This document shows, piece after piece, positions 1 through 13,070 of a DNA stretch of 64,000 bases (the first letter of the stretch is position 1; every line of letters begins with the position of its first letter). Made by a program: the position numbers and the translations under genes. The notes under the pieces are model-generated. The model worked only from the letters and a program-made list of their open reading frames with translations, was not told the origin of the DNA and made no database searches. Source of the DNA: Eledone cirrhosa (lineage: Eukaryota); assembly GCA_964016885.1 (NCBI GenBank), contig OZ024742.1, positions 284,084,001-284,148,000 of the forward strand, in the 5' to 3' direction.

Positions 1-810
1 TCTCAAAATAAATAATATCAAAATCTCATCAATTCGATATTATGTGAGATATGTGAGATAAAGCCTTTACCACAAAATACAATAGTATATCATCATTATC
101 ATCATCACCGTTTTACGTCCGTTCTTCCACGCTAGCATGGGTTAGGCGGGTTGTCCTGTTGTGGGCAGTGCCAAGTCGGGTGACCTTGTCTTGCTCATAC
201 AGAAACTGATTTGGCTTGATTTCTACAGCTGGATGCCCTTCCTAACACCAACCTCATTTACAGTGGGGGCTGGGGGCTTTTTTGTCGTGACACCTCCACG
301 ACCACTTTGCAGTGGGAGGGGATGGGGCATATTGTCTATATGCTTCAGCATCGGCTTGTTCCCGTGTGAAGTCGGATCTTCTGTATTAGAATAATGTAAA
401 TGCTAAAGGGTTAACATAATTCTCAAGGAGATTCATTGTGACAAAGCTGGCCCTTTAAAATACAGGGACACTCCTTCCAACAGGCTTCCAAAAAGTTTCT
501 ACCTCCCTAATTTCACTCACAAAACATGGTTCAACCTAAAACTATTGCAGAAACACTTTGATTGAATGCAATGCAAAATTCTGAACCACTCAGTCATACC
601 TGCGCACATTCGATGGACCTCTATCAGTTTCGATGACAGAACAGTCTGCTCATGAAGTTGATGTGTAAGTTGTTAGCATGTGTATCCTTAACATAATTCT
701 TTGGGTGATTCAGTGTGACAGAGCGTGACATGACTGGCCCTATAAATTACAGGTACAGTCCATCCACTCAGTCATGCCTGTATCCACTCACCTATCTCAG
801 AGTAACTCAC

Positions 811-1015
811 CTGTCCACCCACAAAACAGACACCAGAGGAATACCAAGCTTCTTGGCACGATTCCATGTCCGTTTGGTTCCATCTTTGAATACAACATGG
901 GTGACATTTGTATTCAGTTTGAATGAGATGTGAGCACCAAGCTTCTCTAATTCTACAGCAATCCCTTGGCTGCGATTCTCACATTTGGACCTCACCTCCA
1001 CATAAGCCACCACTT
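811..1015 (-). CDS. MCPH1: Microcephalin coding exon, N-terminal BRCT domain; gene continues left of the window
   Basis: Translates (E)VVAYVEVRSKCENRSQGIAVELEKLGAHISFKLNTNVTHVVFKDG...KLGIPLVSVLWVDR, matching the MCPH1 BRCT1 pattern (VVAYVEV, VTHVxFKDG, LVSVLWV). Bounded by ttttttatAG acceptor and GTgagt donor. Confidence 0.92.
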
Positions 1016-2244
1016 CTATAAAAAAGAACAGCAGAAAAATGGTAAAAATAATGTGTGTGTGTGTGTACATGTACCACATATACTGCCATTCATAGACACC
1101 TAACTCTTGATGAAGCCATAGGAGCACTGTCTTGACATTTTAAACCTGGTTGAGGCCACCCTTCCCGAGGTCTGCAGATTTCTTCCAAAAAGAGAGAAAT
1201 CGAGAAAAAAAATCATCACCACTGTTTACCACCTAGTTTTCATGCTTGCAGGCGTTAGACAGCTGTTTCATGTTGAGGCCAGACTGGTCAAGCGACTAGG
1301 TCCTGCTCATATGCTTTTTTGGCTTGGTTTCTAAGGTTGGATGCCCTTCCTAAGACCAACCACTTTGTAACATATACTGTGAGCATGGTTTCTATGACTT
1401 GATACTCTTCCTAACACCAACCACCTTACAGAGTGTACTGGGAGCATTTTATTGTGACTCTGACACTGCCACATTACAGGGTGGAGTGGGTGCTTTTGTA
1501 GTGGCACCAGCACTATTTCATAACAGCACTATGTTACTCAGTCAACATGGTCGTGCTGGGAGAGAGGATACCAGCCTTGCATTGCTGGAGGAGGAGGGTC
1601 ATGGTGGTGCCCAGTTTCCCTTGGTGACCTAAAAGCAGGCATGTGGTTAGAGGGGGGTGTCTGACAAGCTTTCTTAGATTGGAAAAATGTTGGGGGTATA
1701 AAAGTTTAGCAGGGAAGTTGAATCACTCAGGTTTTCTCCTAGATTTCCTTGCTAACATGGGTTGGGTGAAGAAATCAGTAGTATATTGGCAAATAAGGAC
1801 CTGAGATTTGTTCCATCTCTCTGCTTCTTTGGGTTTAGGTTGGAGAAGGGAATCAGGAGCATGCTGGCAGGGATTTCAGGAGTATACTGGTGGGCAGAGA
1901 TGTAGGAAAGCTAGTTCTACCTATGACAGAATATTGCCAGTTTTCTCGGTCCTGAGTGATCTCCTTTGCGAGGTTCAGCTGCATGAGATAGCCCTCATCA
2001 CATCATCCCAGGTTTTCCTAGGTATTTTCATACACATCATTCATCATCATTTCATTTTACGTCCGCTTTTCCCCGATTGCAAGGGTGGGACGGGAACTGA
2101 TTTTGGCTTGATTTCTACAGCTGGATGCCCTTCCTAACACCAACCTCATTTACAGTGAGTGCTGGGTCCTTTATTGCCGTAGCTCCTGCACGACCACTTT
2201 GCAGTGGAATGATATAGACCCCAGTCCCTATCATCTCATTTCTA

Positions 2245-2380
2245 CAGCTGAGTAAACTGGAGCAATGTGAAATAAAGTGTCTTGTTTAAGGAAACAACAC
2301 ATCACCCGGTCCGAGAATTGAACTCACAACCTTTCGATTGCAAGGCCAATGCTCTAACCACTAAGCCATGTGCCTCCATA
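2245..2380 (-). mobile_element. Second tRNA-derived SINE family; further copies ~3895-4005, 18040-18295, 23935-24075, 27375-27475, 33890-34025
   Basis: Minus strand reads TGGCTTAGTGGTTAGAG...GAGTTCAATTC (A/B boxes); shared body ctggagcaa..tgaaataaagtgtcttg. Confidence 0.8.
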
Positions 2381-3484
2381 TATAAATATGAATTATTTCC
2401 GTAGGAAGGGTAAAGGAAAGGAGAGTGGTCTATATAATAAACAACATAAGACAATTATTCCATTTACCAATGGTGTCACGAAGACAGACGAGCTCAACAG
2501 ACGTCTGAAATCACTCATCAGAATGAAAAATTTTTTTGGTAAATGGAATAATTGTCTTATGTTGTTTATTACAAAACACATATATAAATAGATAGATATT
2601 GGACATTAAAAGATGTTGATAATGGTGATGATGTTATTGATGGAGCAAATGTATAAATAAATATATACATATGCAAATATATAAATATATATATATATGC
2701 AAATACATATAATCATTAGGAGTTAAAATCATGCTGAGATCAACTTTGTCTTTCATTATTCCTGGGTGAATAAATAATATACCAGTGAAAGGTGAACTGG
2801 TGGGATCTTTAGATGTCTTGCAGCATTTGTTCTAGCTCTATGTTCTGAGTTCAATTTCTGTTGTGACCTATTTGGATGGCAGACTTAATCTATCAACCAG
2901 TTTAACACCATCATCTGTTCCTTGGGTGCCTTTAGCAGAGTCTGTTGCAAGCATCGGATAAGGTTTTCACTTTGATGATACCTTCCTCTGTTCTTACCAT
3001 CAATCTCAGTGGTATTAAAAAAACAAATCTCACCCATGCAAATATAAAAGAAAAGAAGCTAAGCATTAAAAAGAAATATCCTCTTCCCTTTCCTAGTCCA
3101 AGGTGGCCTTCATAATATCTAGTCTTTGGACAATAATTCTCAATAGCTGTACCAATAAAAAGAAAAGGTTAAAATAAAAAGTCTCCCATAAGAAATATTT
3201 AACCACTCTATAACCCTTTTGATACCAAACTGCCTGAAGGTGTATATTTTGAAGTGTTTAGTACTAAATAACTCTAAATTCTTGATCATTTTCAAAATTA
3301 CTTGAAAAGCATAGGCAATTAAAAATATGGTAATGAAAGGGTTAAGTCCCAAACACCAGCTTAATAATGAGAAAGTTATTTTACTAGATCTCTCCAAATT
3401 CTTGATTATTTTCAAAACTATTTGAAAAACATAAGCAACGTCTTTTATTAGAAATATAGATAACAAACAAGTTTAAGAGCTTAC

Positions 3485-3527
3485 CTTTGAGAACTTCAAA
3501 TTTGTTTGTCTCTTCCAAATTTTCCAT
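3485..3527 (-). CDS. MCPH1: Microcephalin first coding exon (MENLEETNKFEVLK + phase-1 G); exon probably extends as 5' UTR to an acceptor at ~3622
   Basis: ATG at 3527, 14 codons + 1 nt, then GTaagc. Joins in frame to the 1015 exon giving ...VLK-E-VVAYVEV, like vertebrate ...ILK-D-VVAYVEV. ttatttcAG acceptor at 3624-3623. Confidence 0.8.
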
Positions 3528-4259
3528 TATAACTGATTCAGATAAATCAACATTTGGAATTTGTTTCTTAAGTGAAATATCCTAGAAGTGGTTTCCCTTG
3601 ATTTAAATTAACATCTGTATAACTGAAATAAATAAATTCCTATTGTAAATATCATATTCTGTTCCAAATTATCCAAATTACATATTGTATATTTTCTTCT
3701 TTTTTTTTTTGTAAGCTTTCTTGGAATGATGTATTAAAAACAGTCAACATATTGCTGTTAGAAAGTTCAAAATGAAATGAAATGTACAACTCATACCTAT
3801 GCAGGTTTAGCTGGCCTCCTATGGGTTTGCTTCTCATACAAGGTTTCTCAAGTATTTTAATGATAGGGATCTCAGCACTATCATAAAAAGTAACAAATAA
3901 TTAAGTGTCTTGTTCAAGAGCACAATGTCTCACCCAGTCCAGGAATCGAACCTATGACCTTTTGGTTATGAATCTAATGCCCTAACCACTGGGTGACATA
4001 CCTTCATGTTAGAAATTTCAATCATGAAAGCATAAAAACTAACATATTTTTCCTCTTTAAAACTTTCTTGGCCATATTTTCACAACTCTCATTTAACTTG
4101 CAAAGATAAAAACTTGGTAATACATCATTATAGGATTAGACAACTTCCAGTAATTTCCATGAGTGAAAAATGACAATTTTGGGGGGTAAATTTATAGAAA
4201 GGCACTTGCTGGGGTTCAGTGAGAAAATGTATATATCTTTGGCTATTTGGAGGGGTTAA

Positions 4260-4700
4260 GGAAGCTGTGAAGAATAGGCTTAATTAGGCAGTTGAGTGGA
4301 TGTTGTAAGTATATTGATGATGCATTAGTTCCTAATTACAGACATTTCAAAGTTTTACTGCACAAAATCTATCCAAAGAGTTTAGAGGCAAAGAAGGACA
4401 TTAGCAAGGTCACTTAGACACCACTATCAAGAGGGGCAGTGAAACAATAGTGACAAAAGTCTACAATAAGACTAAGGATTTTAGCTTTAAGATAGCTTGG
4501 ATGCCCTTCGCATCTAGCTGTATGCCATTATCTTTACGATACATGTTTTCCAGCCAAATTATACTTTTGAGTGGCAGAATTTGTAGTAGTAATGTTGGCT
4601 TGATGAGTGAATTGCTCTCTCCCATAAGCGCTGTGAGAATGTTTGTGACTTATGGCAAATGAAATGTGTGCATATGTCTCAGTGAGTCAAGACGTGTGGC
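4260..4700 (+). mobile_element. Decayed Penelope-like element reverse transcriptase fragment
   Basis: Across a frameshift: KYIDDALVPNYRHFKVLLHKIYPKSLE...HLDTTIK...VTKVYNKTKDFSFKIAWMPFASSCMP...FSSQII, resembling the PLE RT pattern YIDD / IYP / YDKRxDFxFxI / SQ. Confidence 0.65.
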
Positions 4701-5329
4701 TGTATTCATTGCCATAGTCAGTAGTTGAAAATTGAAGGTTGAAAGTGAAGCTGCCATTAGCAATATTCGATGAACAATATCAAACATTGCTACTTTACTA
4801 ATTTTTATTAAAAAATAACTTACATCAGTTATTTTGATAACAGGAAAATAACAAAGACTCAAGTGTAATTGTGTGAATGTTGTAGCAGTCTGAAAAGATG
4901 CATGGCACTAACCTTTATCGAAGGTGCCAACCCTGTCGAAAGGACTGGAATGTTTGGTTAAGAACTACATTTCTCTTCTTGCTGGAGAAAACTCTATGTG
5001 ATGTGTCTCCTTTGTGAGACAAGAGCAGAATGGCTTTTGAAGCAAGTTAATCTTTGATAACCTGCAAATGACTCCCTTCTCCAGATTGGAACAAAAGAAA
5101 ATAAGCATACATGTTGTCCAGAGGTCAGCATGCATGGTCACACCGAACTATTTTGTCGACATCAGAACAAGAGTTCAAATTACTGCTAGAGGACAGGAGT
5201 ACGAAGAAAATTTGGGGTTATTTCAAGTTTACATATGAAACAGGTTTACAGTCTGTGGATGTAAAGCTGGGTGGTTGAGGGGCCAGAGCTCGCATTTGGA
5301 AATGTTGACGTGAAGGCCCCACCGACCCA

Positions 5330-5890
5330 GTTACTCGATCATCATCTTCACGGTTGCAAGGACCTTATCTGGAGGAGCTCCCAACAAGCATCATCCAGAT
5401 ACCAGATATTCAAATCCAGGTCACCCCACCGTCTTGGTGTCGTCATCAATACCCAGTGCAGAAAGAGCAGGTCACCCTGTTGACTCCTGGGGCAGATAGG
5501 ATGAAACGGTCACCGAAGGAGAGGTAGGAGGGTTCTCGATAGGCTTGCCAAGCAATGTAGTAAAACTGCGGGAACCTCTCCTTTAATGAACGGAGGATGA
5601 CATCCTGACTGATGAAATTGAAGACGTTCCTGGGATCTAGTTTGAGGATAGTCTTTGGGGTCTCAGAAGGCAAGTTAGTAAAAACACTGGTGGCATGAAC
5701 GGCAGCCTCGCAGCCTGGCTTGGTACCCACCCCTAGCTGAATAGGGGAAAATTCGATGGACAGGCAATCTGAAATTGTGGACAGGCACGCTTTTGCTGTG
5801 AGCCGTCGCAGAGTAGACCTAACTGCTATGGAACGGAAGTCACCATTGGGCTTTGTGAGGGCAAACATTTAGCCCCAAAGAACAGAGACG
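5330..5890 (-). mobile_element. Decayed CRE-clade-like non-LTR retrotransposon RT fragment
   Basis: KPNGDFRSIAVRSTLRRLTAK...QLGVGTKPGCEAAVHA...LKLDPRNVFN...GV(QQGD), and IWYLDDA near 5410-5388 after a frameshift. Confidence 0.75.
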
Positions 5891-6579
5891 AATGTAAGTG
5901 GACAACGGAATGGCGAATGTTGGTAGGACGTTACGAAATCGTTTAACCATCCGGGTCTCTTTGTCACTCGACGCATGGCCTTAAAATAATTTAGATTTAG
6001 ATCTCAATGGAAATTTTTTTTAACCAAACACAAATGTTAAATCTACCTCGGATGGGCATGTAAAAGGGCTATACGGATCGCATGAGAATAGGGGGTTGGG
6101 AGCGATCTAAAACAGAGAAATGAATTCTGTTTGTGGGGAAATGTGTGTAAGATGTTGAGATGAATGTTGTGTGTGTAAACATTTAAAACAGTGAATTCAA
6201 TAAAAGTGCAACAACAGAACAGTGAGATATTAAAACATTGAAAAGAGGAAGTTGAAACTGAAAAAAGTATTTTGAGATGTACCAAAAACTAGGAAATGTG
6301 AGAGATATTGTACGTGTGTGTAAACATTTAAAACAATAAATACAATAAAAGTACAAAAATAAAACAGTAAGATATTAAAACATTGAAGAGGGGAAGTTAA
6401 AATCGAGGAAAGAACAGTGGAGGAAAATTTAATATGTTGTGTTAGGAAGTTGCTTTGGTATGTTTCACAGATGTCATTGCGAGAAATCTATAACTGGCCA
6501 GTAGAGATACATACATTGATATTACAGTTTTTGTTGGTTGTAAATATAACATTAAAAATATATTAATAAAACTACTTAC

Positions 6580-6911
6580 ATTTGAAAACAAAACAAAAAA
6601 CAGCGTTTATTGTATAACATTTGAAAGCAGCGCCATATCACTTCAGCAGCTACTTGGAAAAAGTTTGTTGGTAGCTTGTAAACAAACGTATTAAAAACTA
6701 TATAATATTTTCATTGACTACTGTTTGTATAGATTAATAAATAAAATATTGTACATAATATTTAAAATAGAAATGCTCGCTGTTTAAAAGTACTCATTAA
6801 AATTAAAACGAAATTGCGAAACGTTGGGTAGGAATACTACAACAGTAATGGTTTCGTGCCAACAATTATGTCGAAGGAAAGGAAGCTATAAATATCACAA
6901 ATCTCGCGAGA
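6580..6911 (-). promoter_or_regulatory. Probable MCPH1 promoter and non-coding first exon
   Basis: GTaagt donor at 6579, ATGGCG (YY1-like) at 6636-6631, perfect TCTCGCGAGA palindrome at 6902-6911, and local CpG enrichment against a CpG-poor background. Confidence 0.5.
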
Positions 6912-7139
6912 ATTGGGGACCACTCTGTGAATAAAGTTTACTAAATGAAATGAGTTAATTTAATCTGAAAGCTGTCTTGTTCTAGAAATAAAAAACGTAA
7001 TTTTAAAAGTAAAATGATTTAGTCTTCTATTTAATATTCCTATAAAGGAGTCGAAATGTAAATACAATTACGGGTTTCAAGTTTCCTCAGATTTTAAACA
7101 TTTTGTAATCTTTGAAGAAAAATACATAAAATGGTCATC

Positions 7140-8345
7140 TTTTTTCTCTCAATACGGAAAAGTCGCGGCTCTACCTGATGCGACTTTCTGATCTCCGAGT
7201 TATGCACTTTATCGAGTAACGTTACTCCAAAGGTCCTTCGAAGGAATCCCATTTTGGCCGCTGGTATTTGCAATCATATTCTTTCGGTCATTAGCCAAGC
7301 TTCATGACCATGGGTTAAGGGTTGGAACAAATACCGAATTCAAGATAGTGCGTTTGGCTTTTACACCTACCTCCCTTCGTTTGATTACTAAATGCTGCAT
7401 CTGGCGAATTACTGCACTAGATGCTGCAATTTTTGCAATTAATTCAACCTTCTGCCTTCCATCACTCATGAAGACAGCCCCAAGATACTTGAACTTCTCC
7501 ACCTGCTTCAATGGAACTCCCTTAAGAGGACAAGTGTCTCAGTTTTTGCTGCACTGATTTTCATTCCAGCCATGCAGCTCTCGGCATCAAACCTATCAAG
7601 TGCAAGTCGGAGATCACCTTCTCTTGAGTTAAGTAACACCATGTCATCTGCAAATTCCAGCTGACTGATTCCACATTTGCCAGTCGTGATACAAACCCGG
7701 CTGCGCATGTCAATCCTGTTCATGAAAATAATGAACAGGAGAGACGACAGTATGCACCCTTGGCGGAGTCCAACTCCCACATTGAATGGTTTGATTTAAC
7801 CCCATATTATCCGAACACAATACTGAGGCATTCGTATAGAGACATCAGGGCAACAAGAAGCTTATCATTGATTCTATACTCCTCCAAACCTTTCTACAGC
7901 TGGTACTGTGGAATGCAATCATATGCCTTTTTCAGGTTCCACAAAGCAAAAATACACCTCTTGGTAGTACTCCCACGATTTCTCAAAGACCTGCTACAGT
8001 GTGAATATTTGATCAGCTGTGCTGGGCCACAGCAAAAACCACACAGTTCATCAGTTAGCTTGGACTCAACAATATCCCTACATCTCTTTGTCAGACACTT
8101 AGCATAGACTTTACCAGGAAGGCTTAACAAGGATATCCCTCTATAATTGGAATCTCTCTTGTCTCCCTTTTTGGAAATTGGGATTATCACTCCCAATTGC
8201 CATGGCTTAGGTGCCATAGCTTAGGTACCTTTCAGAGATCCCGGCCACCCTGCACACACGTCAGCCAGAGAATACCTTCTCTATTTAAGGCTTTTAACAT
8301 CTCTGGTTGAATTCCATCTTCCCCAGTTGCCTTGCCACATTTGAA
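7140..8345 (-). mobile_element. Decayed RTE-group LINE, RT region
   Basis: Frameshifted ORFs with KKGDKRDSNYRGISLLSLPGKVY, GLRQGCILSSLLF, LEFADD, VEKFKYLG. Confidence 0.88.
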
Positions 8346-8369
8346 CTCTTTAATTGTTATTGTAACCTC

Positions 8370-8695
8370 AGCTGCCAAGAGATTGTTCATCGCTCCCAGA
8401 TGAACTTTGTGTACATCAGAAGATGCTGTTGTGAGAGATCACAGCTCATGATAGAGTGCATAGCTCAGAAATCAGAGGGTCACTTCAGGTAGAGCTGCTA
8501 CTTCTGTAAATTGAGAGATCAAAGCTACAATATTGCAGGTATGTAGTTAGGATATCTCAGGAAAGAATGGATGAATAACATCCATGAGCTTGGCTGGTAT
8601 CGCTTGGGGATCCAGCCGGATCATTTAGAGATGGTTGCTCCTGACAGGACCTGCTGGAAAGAGTGTTTGAGGACTCTACCACCATAACCCTCTCA
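8370..8695 (+). mobile_element. Decayed RTE LINE 3' coding remnant
   Basis: Fragments DRVHSSEIR...IERSKLQYC...WMNNIHELGWYRLGI...DRTCWK, typical of RTE C-termini. Confidence 0.55.
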
Positions 8696-8699
8696 GAAA

Positions 8700-11600
8700 T
8701 AATAATTGTTTCTACTTTAGGCACAAGGCCAGCAATTACCCAGTACGTTACTGGTACTTTATTTTATCGACCCCGTAAGGATGAAAGGCAAAGTTAACCT
8801 CGGCGGGATTTGAACTCAGACTGTAAAGGGACATAACTATGCTAGAAAGCATGGCGTCCAACCCTCTACCGATACTGCCAAGAAATAATAATATTAAGAA
8901 GAAGGTCATCTCTTTCTAGCTAATTTAATTTCATTTAAGAAGAATTTTTTTAAATCTCAAAAAATAAACACCATGAAACTAAAGAAATTACAAGTTTTAT
9001 CACCACCATTCCGCCTACACACACAGCACAAACAATTCTAGCAGTATTTTAGTAGAAATATTACTAGTTCCCAACAATTTAATGTGACTATATCAAGATA
9101 CCATATTTCAGTTGATTGGACATGCATACAACTATTTACATGCTAAAATAGTAGTGACGAGAAGATTAAGTGGGCTAATATTATGCAGTCCTAAACAGCT
9201 GACCCATTTACAAAGCCTTCAAAAATATCCTGACATTCTTTTATGACAACTTATCAAATTGCAGTCAAATTTTCCCAAACAGATTATTTTTACTTTCATT
9301 ATATTCACACAAATGCTATTTTCTCTGAATTTCTATGGCAGTTCCATAAAAAGGATTAGGGTTGACAGAATGCCTTGAATTATTCCCTTTACATTTTTTC
9401 TTCTTTTTTTTTATAGTCCTTGAGCAATCACAAAGAAATTCAGAACTCATATCTGAATATTTATACATACCCATGCTAGCGCCGGATTTGGTCGTTAAAC
9501 GATGATGATGATGATATGAGCATTTGTTTATGTACAGTAACATGGTACATACATTAAATTGTGTTTTGACTGAACTAGTTTGTTTTTTTTAAACAGCAAT
9601 TGCAGAACAGTGACCTCTCCAAACATGTTTCAGTTTTCTTAGTATAATCTAATTGGAACTGTTAGATTTTAAAATGACTAAAGAAATATATTTTGGGTGG
9701 GTCAAGGAACACAGAATGGTGTAATAACTCAGAGATGCCAGCTGCATTTATAACTCAACAATAAAGTCATCAGGATTGAGCTATGACTAAACAATAAACA
9801 AATTCAATGAATTTTATTTCAAATATATATTTACCTTAGTATAATGTTCAGCCCTATTTGAGTAGACGAAGTACGTATGTCAAGATATGTCACAAAAAAG
9901 TATCTGACTTTAACACTTGAAAGCTTTTCTTGTTTTTATTATTATTATTAAAAATAATGTTCACTTTCATCGACCCCATAAGAATGAAAGGTTAGCTTTG
10001 CCTATCATTCTAACAGGGTCGGTAAAATAAAGTACTAGTTATGCACTGGGGTTGATTTAATCGATTTTCCATTTCCCTTCAAATTGCTGGCCTTGTGCAA
10101 AATATAGAAACAATTATTATTATTAAAGACAAAGGGTGTTGGATTGGCAGTATCGGTAGAGGGTCAGACGCCATGCTTTGCAGCACAGTTACGTCCCTTT
10201 ACAGACTGAGTTCAAATCCCGCTGAGGTTAACTTCACCTTTCATCCTTACGGGGTCGATAGAATAAAGTACCAGTAATGTACGGGTAATTGTTGGCCGTG
10301 TGCCAAAAGTAGAAACAATTATTATTAAAGACAAAGCTAGGGTGGTGGATTGGCAGAATTAGTAGAGTACCAGATGACATGCTTTACAGCATAGAGTTAT
10401 GGCTTTTTACATTCTGAGTTCAAATCCCGCCGAGGTTAGTTTTGGCTTTTATCCTTATGGAGTCAATAAATAAGGTACTAGTAATGCACTGGGGGTCGAT
10501 TTAGTCGATTTTCCCATCCCCCCAAATTTCTGGCCTCATGCCTATAAATCATTATTATTATTATACGCAGTGGATTGGCAGTATCGGTAGAGGGTCGGAC
10601 GCCATGCTTTGACGCATAGAGTTACGGCCCTTACCATTCTGAGTTCAAATCCTGCCAAGGTTAACTTTGCATTTCATCCTTATGGGGTTGATAAAATAAA
10701 GTACCAGTAATGTACTGGGTAATTGCTGGCCTTGTACCAAAAGTAGAAGCAATTATTATTATCATCACTGCTGTGTGTATTTGGTTTAGAATATATACAT
10801 CATTTCGTAACAGGTGACTAAAAGCGTTGGCTCCAATAAGGGCATCTGACCATAAAACGTTTCTTCAAAAAGAACCCCATGATAAACATGAAACCTTCCA
10901 TGGGGCCTACAAGGTTTAACTCCAGTTTTAACAAGGGAAAATGGCTTTAAAACACTTGCTGCTAATATTATACATTAGTTAAGAAAGGAGGAACAGAGCC
11001 CATGGTCTATCCAGGATATTACATCACTGCTTGGGAGACTGGTAGAGGTACTGTCCAGCCTGAACATCTTCAGATCATTGTTTGCAGGTAGAAACAAAAT
11101 GTGAGGAGAAAACCAGGGAGTCTGATCCAAATGCTTGTAATGTAATGACAAGCATTTGCTGAAGGCAACCAAACACTAAATTTCCTGTTGTATTATAATA
11201 ATGGTTTCACATTTAGACATGAGGCCAGTAATTCTAGGGGAGAGGAAACTAGATGATATCAACCCCATGACCTGACTGGTACTTTCTTTTATTGAGCCTT
11301 GAAAAGATAAATGAGAATGCTAACCTTGATGGTATATGAACCCAGAATGTAAAGAGCTGGAACAAATACAACAAAGCATTTTGTTTGAAGCAAGGGTTGG
11401 ATGAATTGTCATAGACCAAATCAATATCTAACTGGATCTCCTGACCTCTCAGATGAGCCAAGGGCCACATCTTGCTTTCATATGTTGCTGCACTATACAG
11501 AGAGTACAGGATGTATTTTATCATAGCACCAGCACTAGGAAGGTTGTCATGTCTGTAACACAACTGAAGAGTTCTCTTGATACTTTGTTTGGTGAGTTTT

Positions 11601-12340
11601 ATATGGCTAGATGCCCTTCCTATCACCAGCCACTTTGTTCTGCTTTATCATGTCACCAAGACTGAGAGATTGTCATGCCCTTGACACAACTGAGGAGTAC
11701 TCTCAACCCGTTTTTTGGCATGGTTTCTAAAGCCTCGTATTATGTAATAATAATTGTTTCTACTTTTGGCACAAGGCCAGAAATTATCCCAGTGTATTAC
11801 TGGTACTTTATTTTATCGACCTCGTAAGGATGAAAGGCAAAGATAACCTCGGCAGGATTTGAACTCAGATCATAAAGGGCTGTAACTCTTTGCTGCAAAG
11901 CATGGCATCTGACCCTCTACTGATACTGCCAATAATAATAATAGTTTCTAATTTACGCACAAGGTCAACAATTTTGGGGGAGAGGAAAGACAATAAAAAT
12001 TGACCCCAGTGCATTACTGGTACTTTTTTTTATCAACCCCGTACGGATGAAAGACAAAGCTAACCACGGCAGGATTTGAACTCGGATCTGAAAGGGCCAT
12101 AAAGCATGTTGTCCAACACTCCACCGATACTGCCAATCCACCACCCTCACAATAATAACAACAACAATAATAATAATATTTTCTTAATAATAATGTCTAG
12201 CATAGACCCACAGACACAAATATTTCGGGAGGAGTGCAGATGACCATATTGACTTCAATGCTGGATTTGTACTTAGTTATTGACCACAGATAGATGAAAG
12301 CTAAATTCAACTTTGGTGGGATTTGAACTGAGAGCTCAAA
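8700..12340. mobile_element. Cluster of tRNA-headed SINEs: ~8700-8885(-), 10135-10320(+), 10340-10550(+), 10568-10755(+), 11750-11935(-), 11940-12150(-), plus decayed copies at ~9950-10110, ~11200-11380 and ~12190-12340
   Basis: Repeated A-box-like TGGCAGTATCGG and B-box GAGTTCAAATCC, shared body cctttcatccttacggggtcgataaaataaagtaccagt, (ATT)n tails. More copies at ~22315-22470 and ~34630-34740. Confidence 0.85.
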
Positions 12341-12489
12341 AAATATGTAAATTAATAATAATACATATTCAGGAAAATGTCTGGAAATATGTGGGTGGTG
12401 AGGGAACTAGGGCATCTGATCTAAATGTTCTCAATACAGTGAACTCTGCTAAATGCAACCAAAGACTAAGTTTTTTGTTGCCTTTGCAT

Positions 12490-13070
12490 TAACATGCCTT
12501 TACGGAGTTTGTATATCTCGGTCACAAACTATCATCAAACAACAATAGAATGGTGGCTGTGCAGTATCACATCGCTCTAGGTTGGTCAGCTTTCAACAAG
12601 AACAAGGAAGTACTAACATCAAAACGAGTTTCCTACCATTTGAAGGCTAAGATCTTCGATACTTACATCCTACTAGTTGTGTTATATGGTCTTGACTGTG
12701 TTAATTGAATGACAAGGTTACTTCAGAAGCTCTCTAAATTCCAGAACCACACCATGAGACTTATGACTGGCAAGCGGCTCAGCGACCGTATCTGTATCAG
12801 TGAACTGCTCAACATTACCAAACTTAGACCAATTACATCAATTGTCAAGTCAAGAGTACTCAAACTATACGATCATATAAAAAGATCAATTCGTGGTGTG
12901 AGTAGGTTATGCCTGGAAGGAAGGTTGGCTGGTAAGAGAAGCAGAGGCCGGCAGCCAAAACGATGGCTTGATAATGTCAACCTATGGACTGGACTTTATC
13001 TTTGTTCTTTAAACTCTGCTGTTGGTGATTGAACTTTTTGGAGAAAAATATCTCATATTGATGCGTAGTC
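12490..13070 (+). mobile_element. 5'-truncated RTE-like LINE remnant
   Basis: EFVYLG...LEGRLAGKRSRGRQPKRWLDNV, an RTE C-terminal signature. Confidence 0.8.

Noticed and set aside
7140-8695. Twin-primed (5'-inverted) single LINE insertion
   Set aside because: Both oppositely oriented parts contain the homologous DK/RVHxSEIR segment and differ in sequence, so they are two separate copies.
10140-10230. tRNA genes at A/B-box motifs
   Set aside because: No cloverleaf; followed by SINE body and (ATT)n tail.
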